Under the pieces are notes generated by a model. It made no database searches, was not told the DNA's origin, and saw nothing but the letters and a program-made list of their open reading frames with translations. Of a DNA stretch of 64,000 nt, positions 1 to 12,619 are shown piece after piece (position 1 is the stretch's first letter; each line of letters begins with the position of its first letter). Both the position numbers and the translations under genes were made by a program. Source of the stretch: Isurus oxyrinchus. Taxonomy: Eukaryota. The stretch covers positions 56,792,001 through 56,856,000 of the forward strand of contig JANJGN010000010.1 in NCBI GenBank assembly GCA_026770705.1. Direction: 5' to 3'.

Positions 1-316
1 AAAGCTGGCAGATTGATCAGCACCTCATCCACCATCCTAAACATTCACTTCCTCCACCACTGTGTTTCACAACTGTAGTCTGTACAATACTAGTTGTACT
101 GCAGCAACTCATCAAAGTTTCTTCATTAGTTCCTTTGAAACCCGTGACCTCTACCACCTAGGACAAGGATAATAGGTGCATGGAAACACCATCACCTTCA
201 CCACACATATGGCAATAGCTTAGGAAAGCGACACACTATCACCTTCTCAACAGCAATTTGGAATGGACAATAAATGCTGACCGTATCAAAGATGCCACAT
301 TCCAGGAATGAATAAA
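1..316 (+). mobile_element. Decayed non-LTR retrotransposon (LINE) 3' end
   Basis: Ends in gatgccacattccaggaatgaataaa followed by an (AT)n tract, resembling recalled LINE 3' termini. No intact ORF; family not determined. Confidence 0.45.
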
Positions 317-2484
317 TATATATATACATATATGCAAGCCACCTGTTTCCATTCAGAATGATCACCTGGGACCAATGAACTTAACAGTGCACAGCTTGAG
401 TGAAGATCATGCCACTGCTATATGTGTCAACAATACACGACCACTTCCAATTTCTATCCTGGATTTCTTTGTTCTGCATGGAAGTCATCAATTTTTGTGA
501 ATAACTGACAAATATGGTGAACAGTAAAGGTATGAAGATGAGATGGAAAGGTTCAGTACAGCCACATACTATTATTGGATACCAAGATCAACAGCAATAT
601 AAGACAGCTCACATTTTCAATCCAAAATGTCTTCTGTACAACTGGGAATGAGGCCAGTGTCACTCATCCTGAATGTGTTTGACATACTTCTCCATATATT
701 AGTTACAATCATTCATCCAACAGCTATATTTTTGACCTTGTGACCCAACTGGGATGATTTCTTTATAACTTAACAGAACCTGTTTCATTGTTGCAATGCT
801 GACTGATAACAGGAACACTTCCGTTGATAGTTAAAAGATAACTGAAGAAAGGATATATCAATAACACTGGCTGGAATCCAATGTGCATATGGAACTGTAA
901 TGTATTTCAGGCAAGTTAGTTATCCCTCAGGTCAGCATTTTCCCTGCCTTCAAAACTTCTTATGCAAAATTGAGGTATTCAACGAGAAAAATGCACCATG
1001 CATGTAATTGTAGGTATTTTAGTTTCATGGTGGAATACTACCCAATTTACCTGTCCTATTGATCTACTGTGTATCTAAAATCATATTAAGTGCTGCAGTT
1101 GACATTTTACAGTTAATATTCAAATCTCAAATAAAAGACTGCAATATTTGATTGTTTTCCTTTTATATGTTATAACTTAAATCAACTGTTAAGATAGGAC
1201 ATTAAAGAAGAACAGTGCCTTAAATATTGAAACATATTTTAGTGCATAGCACTTTCAAAGAAGTTAAAAATCTGTAGATTTGTGAGTCACTTTTATATTA
1301 GTCTCACTTAATTCAATTAGATTCTAATCTGCATTTACAGTGTATTAACTGTACTGGCTTTGTCTTATTTATGGCCTTTCACATACCAAATTAGGTTCAC
1401 TTATTAAATTACATTAACACAGTACAAAGCTCCCTTGGGCTTTCTCTTTTTCCACTCTCTACTCCTGATTATTTTTTTGTTTCATTAACAAGGCTAAAGT
1501 AAACGCCATTTACCTGCAGCTTTGCAGAGAGGGTTTGAGGTGCTTGCAGATCCCTGTTAGTTCGCTCAGTGAGATTTGCTGCTCACACCCTCGGACTGCA
1601 GGTTGGAGAGTTCATCCTGCACTGGCCCTGTACCCTCCTGCAGCTGGAAGGGACAAGCTAACCTCTGCCCAAAATAAAAATCGCCTGTGGTGTTTAGTAC
1701 GCGGGCATTTACTGAAGTGCCCTTACTCCATACAGGGTTGCTATGCCGTCTTTCTAATTCAGGGCGTGTTTCCTTTCCCCCCATTAGTTTTGTAACATCA
1801 CCTAGAGACAACGAGTTTCTTTTAAATCTGTTGAGGGAAGACTGACTCCTATTGGTTTGGGACTCGGTATTACACCATCAACGTTTCATGTGTCTGTGCG
1901 CGTGTGTTCGCGGCTAAGGGGTGGGGATGCCGTTACTATTAATATGTAGGAGAGGTTGTTGTACATGTGTGGGGGCGGGATTGTAGCCTATGCGTTTGTA
2001 TGTAGGGGGTTTTTTGGGAGGATCAGATCTTGTGGAATTAACTCGGGAACCGAATTATTCAAACTATTAGATCCACACTGTAGCTAATGTACATACTCAA
2101 AATAACAATGAAGAGTGAACTTATTGAAGCCAGTTCCTGTCGCTGGGTAGATGTCTTTGGGTGAAGTATTTTCTTCGTATGATTAAAGTATGATATGAGT
2201 ACAATTAATACAATTATTGATGAGCAGCTGTTGAAACCCCTTTTTGAAAGATTCTAATTTATGGAGAAGTGTGCCAAACAGACACATTCTCGGTTGTACT
2301 TGGTTTTGGATTAAAAGTGTGAGCAGTCTTCCATTGCTGCTGATGGTATTGATATGTGACTGTACTGAACCTTTCCACCTCATCCTCTGCCCTGTCATCT
2401 CTGGGGGGGGAGGGGGGGGGGTGGATTCTAACACCCATTGTACCGCAAACATCAATTTTCTGGGTCGATCAGTTAGTAGAGGAC

Positions 2485-2590
2485 ACAAAAACAGAAAATG
2501 CCGGAAAAACTCAGCAGGTCTGACAGCATCTGTGGAGAGAGAGAGAAAGAGTTAACGTCCCGAGTCTGTATGACTCTTCTTCAGCTCTGA
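2485..2590 (-). mobile_element. Penelope-like terminal fragment (second copy at ~4833-4944)
   Basis: ggaaaaactcagcaggtctgacagcatc...gagttaacg...gagtc...gactcttcttcag is homologous to the terminus of the Penelope-like insertion at 31238-31377. Confidence 0.7.
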
Positions 2591-2705
2591 AGCGTCTGCT
2601 CCCTCCAAACCCAGCAGAAATTTATGCTTGCTTAGCTTCCACAAATAACTAAATGAGCGTCTCCCCACTTGCCGCCACCCTCCTTCGAATCTCGTTGAAC
2701 TCATG

Positions 2706-2814
2706 CTAAAATTAGAAAAGTTTTCCCCCCACCCCCCTCTCCCTCTTCCCCCGGTGTTCTTCAAGTGGTTGGGACCAATCCGGGTTCCCCGCGGCTCAGG
2801 TTTCACTATAAGAA
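2706..2814 (+). promoter_or_regulatory. tnnt3: Skeletal-muscle core promoter, copy A
   Basis: MEF2 site CTAAAATTAG 2706-2715 (YTAWWWWTAR), C-rich box, CCAAT 2775-2779, MEF3/Six site TCAGGTTTC 2796-2804 and TATA-like TATAAGAA 2807-2814, followed ~90 nt later by the donor GCG|GTAAGA. Confidence 0.75.
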
Positions 2815-2836
2815 CTGAATTAATCACTTTGCGAAG

Positions 2837-2900
2837 TGCAGCAGAGCCGACTGCCTGTTAAAGCCATCAGGGATCCTCCCTCCAGCAGCTTCGCTTTGCG
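2837..2900 (+). other. tnnt3: Non-coding exon 1, copy A (start approximate)
   Basis: Starts ~30 nt after the TATA box, contains no ATG and ends at GCG|GTAAGA. Vertebrate troponin T genes have a non-coding first exon. Confidence 0.6.
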
Positions 2901-4130
2901 GTAAGATCCTTCAGCCCGCTCTTCCCGTTCTCGAGACCTTCAAATCACGGCCAATCTTAAGAATGGGAAGGTTTCCGTGTTGAACAGTAATGTGATTTAA
3001 AATACAGGACCATACTGATGTTTCGATATTTTTCAGTGAGCTGATCGAGCTGATGTTCACTCTAGCCATTATTCATCAGCAATGTCGAAGTTGGACATTT
3101 TCTGGAGAGTAATGTTACCTGATCAGGTGTTTAGCTATTAGATAGATATTAAATGTAATATGGGAACCCTTTCGGCTGTTTTGCATTCGGCATGTTTGAG
3201 GATTTGGAAACATGACTGAATCTGGTTTATCACGGCAGATAATGGGGGTTCATTTTAATTGTCTCAAATTAAATTAGGAGGCACCGCTGTGGGACCGGGG
3301 TTAGTCTGAAATCGGGAACCTTTTAATTGAAATAAAGGATTACTTCTGTAACAATGGTTTACATATTCGGAAACATTCGCAGTTAGGTTGCGTTTGTATG
3401 ATTGGCATTCAGTTAGCTGCGCTGAGTGGGTTTGAGGATGCGGATACCTGCAGTGATGAGGAGGTGGGGAGGGGTAGACTGTGGTTTTTCGCTGTTTGCA
3501 TGTAGGGCCCCCAAGTAAAGACCATTATTGATAATTGTACAGTTACTCGGTTGTGGGGTCCGGTGGCGATTTTGAAAGAAATTCGATTCTGATTGAATCT
3601 CTATTCATTCCCATGATTGGGCCAGAGAGAGAGAATTAAACTAGAAAAATGTGGATCTTGAAAATAGAGGGAGACCTGAAAAAGAGAGAAAAGGAGCTGG
3701 GGAAATGGAGATTGGGTGAGGTAGACTGGGAAAAGAGGGGAATAACCACCAGAGAATAATTGGAGGGAAGGTGAAAGTTTAGTTTTCGCTGAGAAAGCGG
3801 AACTGTTACACCAATAGAACAATTGAATCAGAGGAGATCTGTACTCAACTCTGGAAGTGGGTATGTTAAACATGTACAATGTAGACAAGTAAACTCCAGA
3901 GCAATGTGGCAAAATTCATTAAGAACAAGGCACGGAATAAATTACCGTGGCACAAATACTTCGCCGGAAAGGGGTTATTATCATCGTGCGAATTGGGTAG
4001 CAGTTGGTGAATTATTTAATGTTCTTGCTTGAAATAATCCGAATGCGCAGTGTTTAATTGAATTGATGTATTAATGTTCCTGCCTTACTTTAGCTAAAGA
4101 AATTAGATTTAATCCGCAGCCAGTGAATGG

Positions 4131-4147
4131 GCAGCAGCTGCAGCTGA
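4131..4147 (+). promoter_or_regulatory. Tandem myogenic E-boxes in intron 1 (second copy at ~6484-6500)
   Basis: gcagCAGCTGCAGCTGag gives two adjacent CAGCTG sites, preceded by A/T-rich MEF2-like sequence. Enhancer function is inferred. Confidence 0.4.
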
Positions 4148-4276
4148 GCAATGTCCCAGACGCGGATTACCTTACTGGGCACTTACACCATCAACGTTTC
4201 ATGTGTCTGTGCGCGTGTGTTCACGGCTAAGGGGTGGGGATGCCGGTACTATTAATATGTAGGAGAGGTTGTTGTA

Positions 4277-4324
<48 letters not shown>

Positions 4325-5059
4325 GTTGTAGCCTATGCGTTTGTATGTAGGGGGTTTGGTGGGGGGATCAGATCTTGTGGAATTAACTCGGGAACCGAAT
4401 TATTCAAACTATTAGATCCACGCTGTAGCTAATGTACACACTCAAAACAACAATAAAGAGTGAACTTATTGAAGCCAGTTCCTGTCGCTGGGTAGATGTC
4501 TTTGGGTGGAGTATTTTCTTCGTATGATTAAAGTATGATATGAATACAATTAATACAATTATTGATGAACAGCTGTTGAAACCCCTTTTTGAAAGATTCT
4601 AATCTATGGAGAAGTGTGCCAAACAGACACATTCTCGGTTGTACTTGGTTTTGGATTAAAAGTGTGAGCAGTCTTCCATTGCTGCTGATGGTATTGATAT
4701 GTGACTGTACTGAACCTTTCCACCCCATCCTCTGCCCTGTCATCTCTGGGGGGGGGGGGGGGGGGGGGCGGAATTCTAACACCCATTGTACCACAAACAT
4801 CAATTTTCTGGGTCAATCAGTTAGTAGAGGACACAAAAAACAGAAAATGCCGGAAAAACTCAGTAGGTCTGACAGCATCTGTGGAGAGAGAGAGAGAGAC
4901 AAGAGTTAACGTCCCGAGTCTGTATGACTCTTCTTCAGCTCTGAAGCGTCTGCTCCCTCCAAACCCAGCAGAAATTTATGCTTGCTTAGCTTCCACAAAT
5001 AACTAAATGAGCGTCTCCCCACTTGCCGCCACCCTCCTTCGAATCTCGTTGAACTCATG

Positions 5060-5168
5060 CTAAAATTAGAAAAGTTTTCCCCCCACCCCCCTCTCCCTCT
5101 TCCCCCGGTGTTCTTCAAGTGGTTGGGACCAATCCGGGTTCCCCGCGGCTCAGGTTTCACTATAAGAA
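5060..5168 (+). promoter_or_regulatory. tnnt3: Skeletal-muscle core promoter, copy B
   Basis: Same motifs as copy A: MEF2 5060-5069, CCAAT 5129-5133, MEF3 5150-5158, TATAAGAA 5161-5168. Confidence 0.75.
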
Positions 5169-5190
5169 CTGAATTAATCACCTTGCGAAG

Positions 5191-5254
5191 TGCAGCAGAG
5201 CCGACTGCCTGTTAAAGCCATCAGGGATCCTCCCTCCAGCAGCTTCGCTTTGCG
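5191..5254 (+). other. tnnt3: Non-coding exon 1, copy B (start approximate)
   Basis: Same sequence as copy A; donor GCG|GTAAGA at 5254/5255. Confidence 0.6.
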
Positions 5255-7762
5255 GTAAGATCCTTCAGCCCGCTCTTCCCGTTCTCGAGACCTTCAAATC
5301 ACGGCCAATCTTAAGAATGGGGAGGTTTCCGTGTTGAACAGTAATGTGATTTAAAATACAGGACCATACTGATGTTTCGATATTTTTCAGTGAGCTGATC
5401 GAGCTGATGTTCACTCTAGCCATTATTCATCAGCAATGTCGAAGTTGGACATTTTCTGGAGAGTAATGTTACCTGATCAGGTGTTTAGCTATTAAATAGA
5501 TATTAAATGTAATATGGGAACCCTTTCGGCTGTTTTGCGTTCGGCATGTTTGAGGATCTGGAAACATGACTGAATCTGGTTTATCACGGCAGATAATGGG
5601 GGTTCATTTTAAATGTCTCAAATTAGATTAAAAGGCACCGCTGTGGGACCGGCTGCCTGTGTGCGAGGTTAGTCTGAAATTGGGAACCTTTTAATTAAAA
5701 TAAAGGATTACTTCTGTAACAATGGTTTACATATTCGGAAACTTTCGCAGTTAGGTTGCGTTTGTATGATTGGCATTCAGTTAGCTGCGCTGAGTGGGTT
5801 TGAGGATGCGGATACCTGCAGGAGGGGTAGACTGTGGTTTTTCGCTGTTTGCATGTAGGGCCCCCAAGTAAAGACCATTATTGATAATTGTACAGTTACT
5901 CGGGTGTGGGGTCCGGTGGCGATTTTGAAAGAAATCCGATTCTGATTGAATCTCTATTCATTTCCATGATTGGGCCAGAGAGAGAGAATTGAACTAGAAA
6001 CATGTGGATCTTGAAAATAGAGGGAGACCTGAAAAAGAGAGAAAAGGGGCTGGGGAAATGGAGATTGGATGAGATAGACTGGGAAAAGAGGGGAATAACC
6101 ACCAGAGAATAATTGGAGGGAAGGTGAAAGTTTAGTTTTCGCTGAGGAAGCGGAACTGTTACACCAATAGAACAATTGAATCAGAGGAGATCTGTACTCA
6201 ACTCTGGAAGTGGGTATGTTAAACATGTACAATGTAGACAAGTAGACTCCAGAGCAATGTGGCAAAATTCGTTAAGAACAAGGCACGGAATAAATTAGCC
6301 TGGCACAAATACGTCTCCGGAAAGGGGATATCATCATCGTGCGAATTGGGAATCTGTTGGTGAATTATTTAATGTTCTTGCTTGAAATAATCCGAATGCG
6401 CAGTGTTTAATTGAATTGATGTATTAATGTTTCTGCCTTACTTTAGCTAAAGAAATTAGATTTAATCCGCAGCCAGTGAATGGGCAGCAGCTGCAGCTGA
6501 GCAGTGTCCCAGACGCGGATTACCTTACTGGGCACTGGAAAGGCATCGCCTAATTAGGAAGGAGAGCGGGGCCTGCGAGAAATATTCTCGTGATCCTTAG
6601 AAGCTAAAGACGTGGAAATAGGATCTTGCGAATGCAGGCGTTGTGCATTCCCAGCTGTTGGCCTTGCCTCCCCGTCCCCTGCTGAACTTTTCTAAAGAGG
6701 TTTATAAATGGAAATGTATCCACCCACGCTGCTCTTTTTACCTGAGCGGCCCGAAGATCAGCTCTGGAATGGAGCACTGCATGTGTTTAAGGTTGTCGGG
6801 AGGGATCAATGCACTATCAGTGTCTGTCTGAGAGTGGAGCACAACACGAGCCATATAAAGCTTTTTTTTTCACAACCATAGCAGGTCTGAAAGCACTTTG
6901 CAGCCAACTGTGATTTTGAAGTTTGGTTACTGTCCTAGTCTAGGGAAACAGGATGAGTGAAGTGGAAAGCATTTTTCATCTGGGTTTATGTGTATTTCCA
7001 TATCAATATGTCATTTCTTTGTGTGTCTGTGTTTTTCTATAGCAGTACAACCATCAAAACACACATTTAAAACACTTTGAAATATGAGAAATGTAAGTTT
7101 TTTTTAAAAAGAAAACTTTTTACCAATGAGATTTTTTTTGGAGGAGACAGCGTTGTGCCAAGAGAATATTAAAGAATCACCTCAGACACCAGAAATCGTT
7201 TTCTTTTGCTTCTTCTCACCTCCGTTCTGTACCTGAAGTGCACAGACCAGGAGGTGCCAGTTTGCTACTATCTGATCTCAGTCAGGGCTTGTCTGTGATA
7301 CCCTTACAGTGAAATAGCCTCTCACTCTTACACGCATCTCACTTGAACAAGCACTCTTGCAAGATTCCAGAGGCAGGTACTGTACCTCAGCAGGGAACCA
7401 ATATCTTCAGTAGGACGAAGGGACGGACAGACGAGGGTTTTTTGAAAAAGAGATGGCTGCAGTATTTTAAATTTAGGAGTTTGTAGTGTGAAATCTAAAG
7501 CACAATTTAGTTGTCACGGAAAGTGAATTTTCACAGAGCTTTCCGTTCGTCCTAATTTCAGCAGAAGGGCCACGGAAAGACCGAAATGACGTAAACACCA
7601 AACACTGTTTACTCTGGGCTTTTCACGGCGTTTCCACCCAGAATACAGCGGGAAAAAAGCGCGGGAATCTCCGCGTAAAATCAACAATACAAATTTGGGG
7701 GAGGGGAGAGGTCTTGAGGAGTTTAATTGCAAGTCCTTTTAGCCGGGTAGTGCACCTGAATA

Positions 7763-7827
7763 TAAAAACAAAAAAACTACGGATGCTGGAAATCCAAAAC
7801 AAAAATAGAATTACCTGGAAAAACTCA
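7763..7827 (-). mobile_element. Short Penelope-like terminal fragment
   Basis: taaaaacaaaa...gatgctggaaatccaaaacaaaaatagaattacctggaaaaactca matches 31238-31304; flanked by GAATA on both sides (possible TSD). Confidence 0.7.
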
Positions 7828-8613
7828 GAATAGTTGTTTTCCTTGCTGTCACGTCTGTTTGGAATAAATCAAGAATCTTGTTTGAGAGTGGGCAACTTTT
7901 CTTTTCAACATTGTTTCCATGTTTTGTTTTATAAAATCTGATCATAAAGGAAAATTGAAGCCTTTTGTTGGGTACATTTCCAAGTTTGCACTACCATAAC
8001 CTCTTCCACCCGTTGTGCATAGCAGGAAGTGTGGGCTTTTCCCTCCACCCTGGGGTTCGATCCATTAAAATTAAATGGGATTTTTTTTTTACTTTACACT
8101 TCCGGCCAGTAGCTTTGCCCAATGACCATGCATTTTGGAAATTTAGGTGCCTATTGCAAGTAGTTTCAATGGTTGGATTATAATGTGCATCCACAGTCCT
8201 GGCATATAAAGTTGATGGTTGAGACTCTCTGATTTGTTTGCTATTCCCAAATGATTGGGTGGTTGGCCCATGGAGGTGGGGTGGTCAGAGATGTGCAGAA
8301 AATGTAAATCGACAAACCCATCAGTGTGTGAATAGGTCATGAAATGACAGCTTGCCATGACTGTATGGACAGCTGATGATGCTGCTTTCAGACACTTGGA
8401 TGGCAGCAGTAATATCTCCCCCTGTATTTTGGTGACTATCAAAAAGGAATCATTAGTTCTGCACTGTTAATGAGGCTATTTCTGTTTGGTGATTTTCATT
8501 ACATGTTGCATACTTTAAATTGTAAGACCAAAGGCAATGGCCCTTACATGGTGTGGTCATTCTAATAGTGACTCTGTCTTTCATTTTTGTAGATCTAAAG
8601 GGCCCAGCTCAAA

Positions 8614-8633
8614 ATGTCTGACACAGAAGAAGT
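8614..8633 (+). CDS. tnnt3: Fast troponin T first coding exon (exon 8593-8633), MSDTEEV
   Basis: Acceptor tcatttttgtAG at 8592, aaaATGTCTGACACAGAAGAAGT, donor GTAAGT. MSD-EE is the typical troponin T N-terminus. Confidence 0.9.
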
Positions 8634-8869
8634 GTAAGTATTTATCCGAAGTATTGTTAGTCATAATTTAGTTTAACCAATGTTTGGGATGACAGAATTA
8701 AAGCGGATGAGCACCAACTCAGTTTTGCCATGAAAATTTTTAACTGCAGGCCAGAAACTTGTCTTTGTAATACCTGTATTTTAAAGTCTTTAAACAAATC
8801 AATGTTGATGTGACTCTGCATTGCACATTTTACCTGAGAGTAACCCCGTGTTCTTTTCTCCTCTTGCAG

Positions 8870-8877
8870 GTACGAAG
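8870..8877 (+). CDS. tnnt3: 8-nt microexon (V)YE, phase 2 to 1
   Basis: ttcttttctcctcttgcAG|GTACGAAG|GTAAGT. It converts the phase-2 end of the start exon to the phase 1 that all downstream cassette exons need. Confidence 0.85.
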
Positions 8878-9351
8878 GTAAGTCCATCCTTTGTCTTGCA
8901 TGTACAGATGTAATGAAGCCAAGCTTACACACATGTATAGTAATCATTGTAATAATCTTTGTTGTCGCATGAGAATTTGATCACATTCTAATGCCTAATT
9001 GTTCACAGTTATTCACTTTGAATTCATTTTTGTCCCAGTAGATTATTGCACAATATTTTAAATTATTTCAAATTTGACTTAAACTCTGAGGGTTGGTTTG
9101 AAATTGTGGAGCATGCCAGCACCCTAGTGGTTCCAACAGAAAAGGGGCTAGAGCCATTCTGAGATGTGTTCTTCACTTAAATAGAGCCAGAGACATGTGA
9201 ATACCAATCAGGTATCCCAATTCAGCTGGCTCGATTCAGTTTGGGAGCAAGGGAATTTGGTGATGGAAAGTGTAGTTTATTTTTGTGGAGTTTGATGTGT
9301 CACTCCTGCTCCTCCGTGTCCCACAAAAATAATTTGAAATTTACCTTTCTG

Positions 9352-10897
9352 TAGAATCATAGAAGGAGGCCATTTGGCCACACATGTCCATGCTAGCTCT
9401 CTGCAAGAGCTATTCAGTTAACTCTATTCCCTTGCTCTGTAAAAATGTTTTTCCTGTTGTCACCATTGGTTCTTTTGCCATTCACCTTAAACCAGTATCC
9501 TCTGGTCCTTGATCTTCCTGTCTAGACCCAACATGATTTTGAACACTTCAATCATATCCCCTGTCATCCTTCTCAAAGAAGAACAGCTCCAGCTTCTCTA
9601 ATCTATTCACAAAACTGAAGTTCCTCATCCCTGGAACCATTCTTGTAAATATTTTCTGCACAATCTCTAAAGCCTTCATATCATTCCTAAAATGTGCTAC
9701 CCAGAACTGGACACAATATTCCATTTGAGGACAAACCAGTGATTTATAAAGATTCATCATAACTTTCTTGCTTTTGTTTTCTTATACTTCTGTTCATAAA
9801 GCTGAGGACAGTATATTCCTTTTTTAATCACTTTGTCATCTTCAATGACATATCCTTAAGCCTCTCAGTTCCTGCATTTACTTTAGGATTATACCCTTTA
9901 TTTTATATTGCCTTTCTTCGTTCTTGCTACCAAAATGCATCACTTTTCACTTCTCTTCATTAAATTTCATCTTTCACATGTCAGTGCATTCCACCAGCCT
10001 GTCTGTAGCCTCTTGAAGTCTATCATTCCTTTTCACAGTTCACAATATTTTGCAGTTTTGTGTCATCTACTAGTTTAAATTTTAAAATTGTGCCCTGTAC
10101 ATCCAAATTTAGGTTATTAATATAGATTAAGGAAAGCAGACACCCCAGCACCAACCCTGTGGAACTCCACTGTATTTCTGCAGTCTGAAAAATAAGCTTC
10201 ACCACTATTTTCTGTATTCTGTCACTCAGGAAACTTCATATCCATGTTGTCACTGTGCCTTTTATTTCATGGGCTTCAACAAGTCTATTATGTGGCACTT
10301 TATCATATGTCTTTAGGAATTCCACATACACCATATCAATTATATAACCCTTATCAACCCTCTCTGTTACCTCATCACAAAACTTGAAAAAGTTAGTTAA
10401 TCATGATTTGCCTTTAAGAAACCTTTGCTGACCTTCCTTAATTAATCCACATTTGTCCAAGAGACTGTTGATTTTCTCCTGGATTATCATTTCTCAATGC
10501 TTTCCCACCACCAATGTTAAACTGAATGACGTGTAGTTGCTGGGTTTATCCTTACCCAGGGATAAGGGTGTAGCATTGCAATTCTCCAGACCACCACAGT
10601 TTACATCCGTACTTCCCTTAGCATCATTGGATGCATCCCATCTGGTCCCAATGAATTATCAACTTTAAGTACAGTCAGCCTTTATAATGCCTCCTCTTTT
10701 TCAATTTTTAGCCTATTCAGTGTCATAGCCACCTCCTTTTTCAGTGGCCTCTTTCGCATTATCACCCATTTTGGCAAATTAAACTCAACCCTAAACTTTA
10801 TTTCTGACGAGGCTAGCAAAAGAGGAGGTAGTTGATCACTGAATGGGCTAAACATTGATAAAGAGGAGGTATTAGAAAGGCTGTCTGTATTTAAGCT
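9352..10897 (-). mobile_element. Decayed CR1-type LINE; its 5' part (10453-10897) is amplified in every array unit
   Basis: Minus-strand ORFs 9548-9760 (LYKSLVCPQMEYCVQFW...) and 10023-10205 (...LIYINNL...KLVDDTKL) are CR1 ORF2 RT/C-terminal remnants; agaatcatagaa tail at ~9353. Confidence 0.85.
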
Positions 10898-12595
10898 AAA
10901 GTTTATTTTAAATTATTATAACGATAACAAAATAATGGCGGATGATGTTGCAAGAATCCAGAGTAATGGTTTTATATTATTTGCAATTGAATCACAACTT
11001 TTGTTTTTACAAAAATGATGATACTTAAAAAAAAGCCTAACCTTTAATGAAGTAAAATGGAAAACTGGGCAGGCTGTATAATGGTCAGCTGATTCAATGT
11101 CGCTCGTTTTACACCCTGCCATTGTTGAAGGTTCTGGCGTATTCCTTTATATCAGTTGACCGCTGTGTTGTCAGTCAAAATGTGGCACCTAGCAGAGTGA
11201 TTGCAGTCACTTATTGTGTTGTGGTTGATTTAACTCCTTACCTTATGATTGCCCATATTGTGCATCTGTATGCATATGTAACTTACTTATGTGAACTATG
11301 TGGCAAATCAAGAACATTTCTATTAAGTTGGTTAGTTGCAATGACAGAGTAATACATAAAATACATTTAAAATAACGATCTGTTATTTTAAATTATTCTG
11401 TACATTCTATGTGTGTGTGTTTATGTGTATAGGCAGAGATGGCATCTAAAGTATAACTATATGAACTACTTCAACAATTGCCCAGCAATTTTTATAATGT
11501 TTGGTCGTTCAGGATTCACTTAATTTATATGCCTCCATATATTCTTTTACACATTCCTTTCCCGGCCTTAATTTTGATTTATTTAATATTTTAATCTCTA
11601 ATTATACTGATTTTGAATTAATATAATTATCAATTTTTCAAAAATACTTGAGTTCTTTCTTATTTTATAATTTTTTAAAAATGTGTTGCAGTATTATGTA
11701 CTGTATTTCTTGGAGGTTGGAAGTGTCAGTTGCTGAACTGCAAACTCAGCTTGGATCTGATGGTTATTCTCTTAACACTAAGTCTGCACAGCTGCCATTA
11801 CAAATAGAGAGAAGTTCTAGCTCATGGAAATTTCCTGTCTTCCCTCATCCCCCTTCCCACTTCATTACTTTTTGAGTTTTTACTCCTTCTCTATTTGTCT
11901 GATCAAGTTGCATCTTGCAGCTTGTTAGATATGCTTTTAAAGTTTGTTACATATTGTTTTTTGGATTGGGTGCTAAAGGGTTCCCTCATCATAACTTCCA
12001 AAATGTAAGGATTTAAAAAAAAATAGCTTCCTCCAGTTTTCTCTCCTTGCCATAAAGTGCAAAGTCCTTGCAATGATGCTCGAAGCCATTCTTCAACTCA
12101 AGCCTTGCTAGTGAGTGTTAGCAGGCTATTTAACCATACACTAATAACCAAGCCCCATGGATGCTGGCAGGCCTCTGGAATGTTACCTGAATGGCAATTC
12201 TTTTTGTGTGAACCTGTGCAGTGTGTGTCGGCCAGTCAGGTAAATCATTGCAACTATACATGATCGTGTTCTGACCTGATCCTCCCACATGTGCAATTTC
12301 CATCAGAAGTCATTGAATGAGATTTCTGGCTGACTTTTCTCTGTCTAGTTTAGGATGTTGTGGTCAATTGTAATGTCATAAGTTGTGCACTAACTGGGAG
12401 TAGTTAACTCAGCTCAGGTTAGGGGTGAAAACTGGGATCTTCTAGGAGCATTTTGAGCTTATCCAGTTTACAGCTGGCTAATGGTCCAGGAAATTTGTAG
12501 GGAATCTTATAGTCGATGCCCATGGTGAAGCCAGTGTAAGTAATGAAGACTGAGTTTGCTGTGATTAATCTATTATCTCTGGTATTGGATTACAG

Positions 12596-12619
12596 AACAT
12601 CAAGAACATGAAGAGGAAG
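12596..12619 (+). CDS. tnnt3: 24-nt His/Glu microexon, unit 1: EHQEHEEE
   Basis: ggattacAG|AACATCAAGAACATGAAGAGGAAG|GTAATG; phase 1-1, in frame. Confidence 0.8.

Larger units (their letters stand above)
1870..6536 (+). repeat. Direct tandem duplication of promoter + exon 1 + proximal intron 1 (copy A 1870-4182, copy B 4183-6536)
   Basis: ttacaccatcaacgtttc begins at 1870 and 4183; ...taccttactgggcac ends at 4182 and 6535. The copies are near-identical with scattered substitutions and small indels; the ORF track repeats at an offset of about 2354. Confidence 0.95.

Noticed and set aside
2183-6265. Paired ~100-aa ORFs in the 2.3-kb duplication
   Set aside because: They have no homology signal, overlap promoter/intron sequence, and change frame at poly-G length differences between the copies.
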